A stretch of 64,000 bases of DNA, from NCBI RefSeq assembly GCF_964194155.1, contig NC_135891.1, positions 62,434,001-62,498,000 of the forward strand, written 5' to 3'. The notes beneath the pieces were generated by a model. The model was not told the DNA's origin and made no database searches. It was given only the letters and a program-made list of their open reading frames with translations. Every line of letters starts with the position of its first letter. Position 1 is the first letter of the stretch. This document shows, in pieces, positions 61,091 through 64,000 of this stretch. The DNA is from Cetorhinus maximus. Taxonomy: Eukaryota. Position numbers and translations under genes: made by a program.

Positions 61091-63369
61091 ATAAATTTAT
61101 TTTATAGTATATCATGAGCTGTGGGTATCCTCTGTTTCTTTACACTTGTGTTTTTCTAAAGCACATGCACTCGTTTTTTTTTCAATGATTCACTTTATTA
61201 CAGTTTTAATGAATGTTAAAATTTGTAGCGGTTGCTACATTATATGACATACAGTGGCTGTATAGTGAATGCAGCATTGTTCACCCAATTATCTGCAAAC
61301 CCAAGGATAATATAGACTTCACTGTAATTTGTGCAACAGATGTATGTGCATCCATTCTGATTAACTGTATGCAGTGGAATATAGGATTTGTAACTATTCC
61401 TGAGTGAATAAATTCCCAGTCACTGCTGTAGCCCAATATTTATTGTGTGATATGGATAAAATAATCTATTTAAGATATTTTCCACACCACTCCAACCCAC
61501 CCTCTTCTCAACATGTTGACTTGTGTGTGTTAGAGCTCTTCAGTACCAGTTGCCCTTTGGTACCTTCCTTCAAGTGGCTATTCTTAATGTATCAACCTAG
61601 ACACTGAAGTATCGGCAGACTTCTGAAGTAGCCAGGGAGTTGTAGATAAGTTCAATTCGATCTGTTCACAGCGTTATTCACACACTGTCCTGCATCTGTT
61701 GGAGTGGTAACGCTGGCCAAAACATTATTTTCCCCAACCAGGGCACTGCACTGCACTGCACTGTCGTATTCTGGCTGAAGTGACCCAATGGGCTACAGTT
61801 TGGACATAGATCTCTTAGTCTATTGTCTCTGCTGCACATTAAGTAGAGCACTGAGTCGTTGTAGTTGCTTATCAAAAGACTTGTTTCTGATTTGAATATT
61901 GTAAATTTTCAAATGATCATTAACCTCTCTGCCCTATCCCACATCCCTGCTCCACTGTCAGAACTGAAAGAACAGAGACGAGGTCATTTATGTCACACAA
62001 GTTTCATAAAATTTATGGACTTCATTTGATCATAAATTTTCTAAATGTCACTGGAGGAGTGAGCAGAAATGCGATATAAATTCAGTTAGGAATCTTGACT
62101 GTGTTTTCTTGCCCTTTCCCAGTTGTTCACTGGGCTTGACTGTAAAAGGTGTACGGAATGACTGATAGCAGCAAGCCACAAAGTGAAAATCTCCCTTTTT
62201 TTTTGGTTGAGACTGCTGAGCTATTTGGACAAACAAAATTGGAATTTCAGTAAGAGTCTGCCTGCCAAAGCTGAGGTAGGAAAAGGAAATGCTGACAAAT
62301 GGTAATTTGGTGATCACCTGGTAAATGGGAAACTAGATGAAGTGATTGAGTGGCATGAGGCTGCTTTTAGTGTTCAAACGTTCTACAGTTCAGGAAATAT
62401 ACAAGTACAATTCTCTGCCAGGCATTCTAGTCTCACGAAATGTTGTTTATAATGGAGGCCAATGAGGCAAATGCAGTGTCTGTTTTCAAGATCTGGTTGT
62501 ACTAACTTTTTTTTAAATAAAAGAACAGGTTAGTGGAACTTTTAGAAATTGGTTCCTTAGATATGCATCACTTTACAATTATTAATTGAGCCCAAAACAC
62601 AAGTGAATGTTCAACCAGAGTGTGTATTAAACATGCATGTTTTTTAGGCAGGAAAAAGGTGCACTAGTAGGTCCGCCTCCAAGATCAGGAATTTATGCTT
62701 TGCCACCTGTACTGCTTGATTTCATGGTTGCCAACCAAGCTGCAAGAGGGTTGATAAGCTGTTCTTAACCAGTGACCAAGTTTTATGACTGAACCCAATT
62801 ATATCCTCAGCAGTGTCCATCATAGACCTTGGGATTTTGTTTGAGATTTGGGAGTGTACACCCTGGACATTATTGCCCCCTACCTTAACCGGCGGGGGGA
62901 GCTGCAGACAATTACCACAGCTTTAGTGCTGCTTTGGCTCAGATCAGCTGATAGCATAGCCCAAGGATGGAACCTGAGACTGTTCTGGTTTGGATGGCTC
63001 AAGAGGTGATGGTATTGCCTCTAAGCCATTGGGAAGACATAACATTTTCTTGAATATTTTTGTTTAAATGCTTGACATTGGCTTTCAGGATATGTAGTGA
63101 GAGTTGTTCGAAGCATCAATGGAGTAGTGGCTGAGCTTGTTGAAGCACCAACAATGCAAACCGGAAAATTATAAATTCTACTGAGATACCAATCTCTGCC
63201 AGATCCATTAGGAGAAGCTCCTGAGCATCCAGATTCCACAGGAAGATTGCAGGGCTTGGAAACTGAGGTATATTCGTACATTGACAGCAATGGCCGAAGT
63301 CTGTCATTCGACTGGAGAAATAATGACTGGAGAATGAAGTATGATCTTTTCATTTAGTGTTTGTGGACA

Positions 63370-63730
63370 TTACTGACAGTCAACATTTACTATCCAGCTT
63401 TAATTGACCTCGAAGGTGATAGTAAAGCGCTTTCTTTCTTACAACTGAATGACTTGCTAGTCCATTTCGGAGGGCAGTTAATAGTTAACTCCATCTCTTT
63501 AAATCTGGAGTCACATAGAGACCAGGCTGAATTAGGACAGCAGATTTCCATCCTTAAAAGTCTTTAATGAACCAGATGGGTTTTTTATGACAATATGGAA
63601 GTATCATGGTCACCAATACTGATACTAGTATTTTATTTAATTAACTGAATTTAAATTTCCCAGCTGCCTTGTTGGAATTTTAACTTGTTTCTCTGGATTA
63701 CTAGTCCAACAACATAACCGTGATGTTACA
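63370..63730 (-). mobile_element. tRNA-derived SINE (family A), degenerate
   Basis: Matches the other copies. Confidence 0.72.
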
Positions 63731-64000
63731 AGTGAATATTAGTGCAAATAATCTTACTTTTACCCATTCCCAAAACAAAGACCTTATTTGTTGCATACCA
63801 TTTTATTCAAAATTCATGTATGCAAGAACAGATGATACTGCTTTACAAAATCGCAGGAAATTTTCAAATTTGTAATCTTTGTTTTCATTCCTACTTGCTC
63901 AACAATGAGCACCGAGTGCTAACATCAGGGATTTTCAAATCAAACAGAACAATAGTTAGATGCAGAGCTCTCCCTGCTCTGGCTCAGTCTCACCTGTAAA

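Noticed and set aside
63089-63270. Exon-like segment after gctttcag as a candidate NCOA5 exon
   Set aside because: All three frames contain stops and there is no NCOA5-like peptide.

Overview
Vertebrate genomic DNA, most likely a cartilaginous fish (shark), judging by the SINE, LINE, Penelope and Harbinger repeat content. The main feature is a complete 9-exon CD40 (TNFRSF5)-like gene on the minus strand (coding exons from 47108 down to 18493). I reassembled it by hand from GT-AG junctions into an intact 277-aa ORF with signal peptide, four cysteine-rich domains, a TM helix and a PVQE TRAF-type motif. Upstream and head-to-head is a CpG-rich promoter (about 50840-51120) with three ZNF143-type motifs and a probable first exon of a plus-strand gene (NCOA5 by vertebrate synteny, unconfirmed). 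Downstream, a second CpG-rich region (about 7100-7900) and two phase-compatible mini-exons suggest the 5' end of another minus-strand gene encoding a signal peptide. The rest is mostly repeats: two decayed Harbinger transposons, MITEs, CR1/L2/RTE fragments, two SINE families, Penelope-like elements carrying minimal hammerhead ribozyme motifs, and several minisatellites clustered around CD40 exons 7-9. Most ORFs in the supplied track are spurious. Repeat boundaries are approximate and family names come from motif recall, not database searches.
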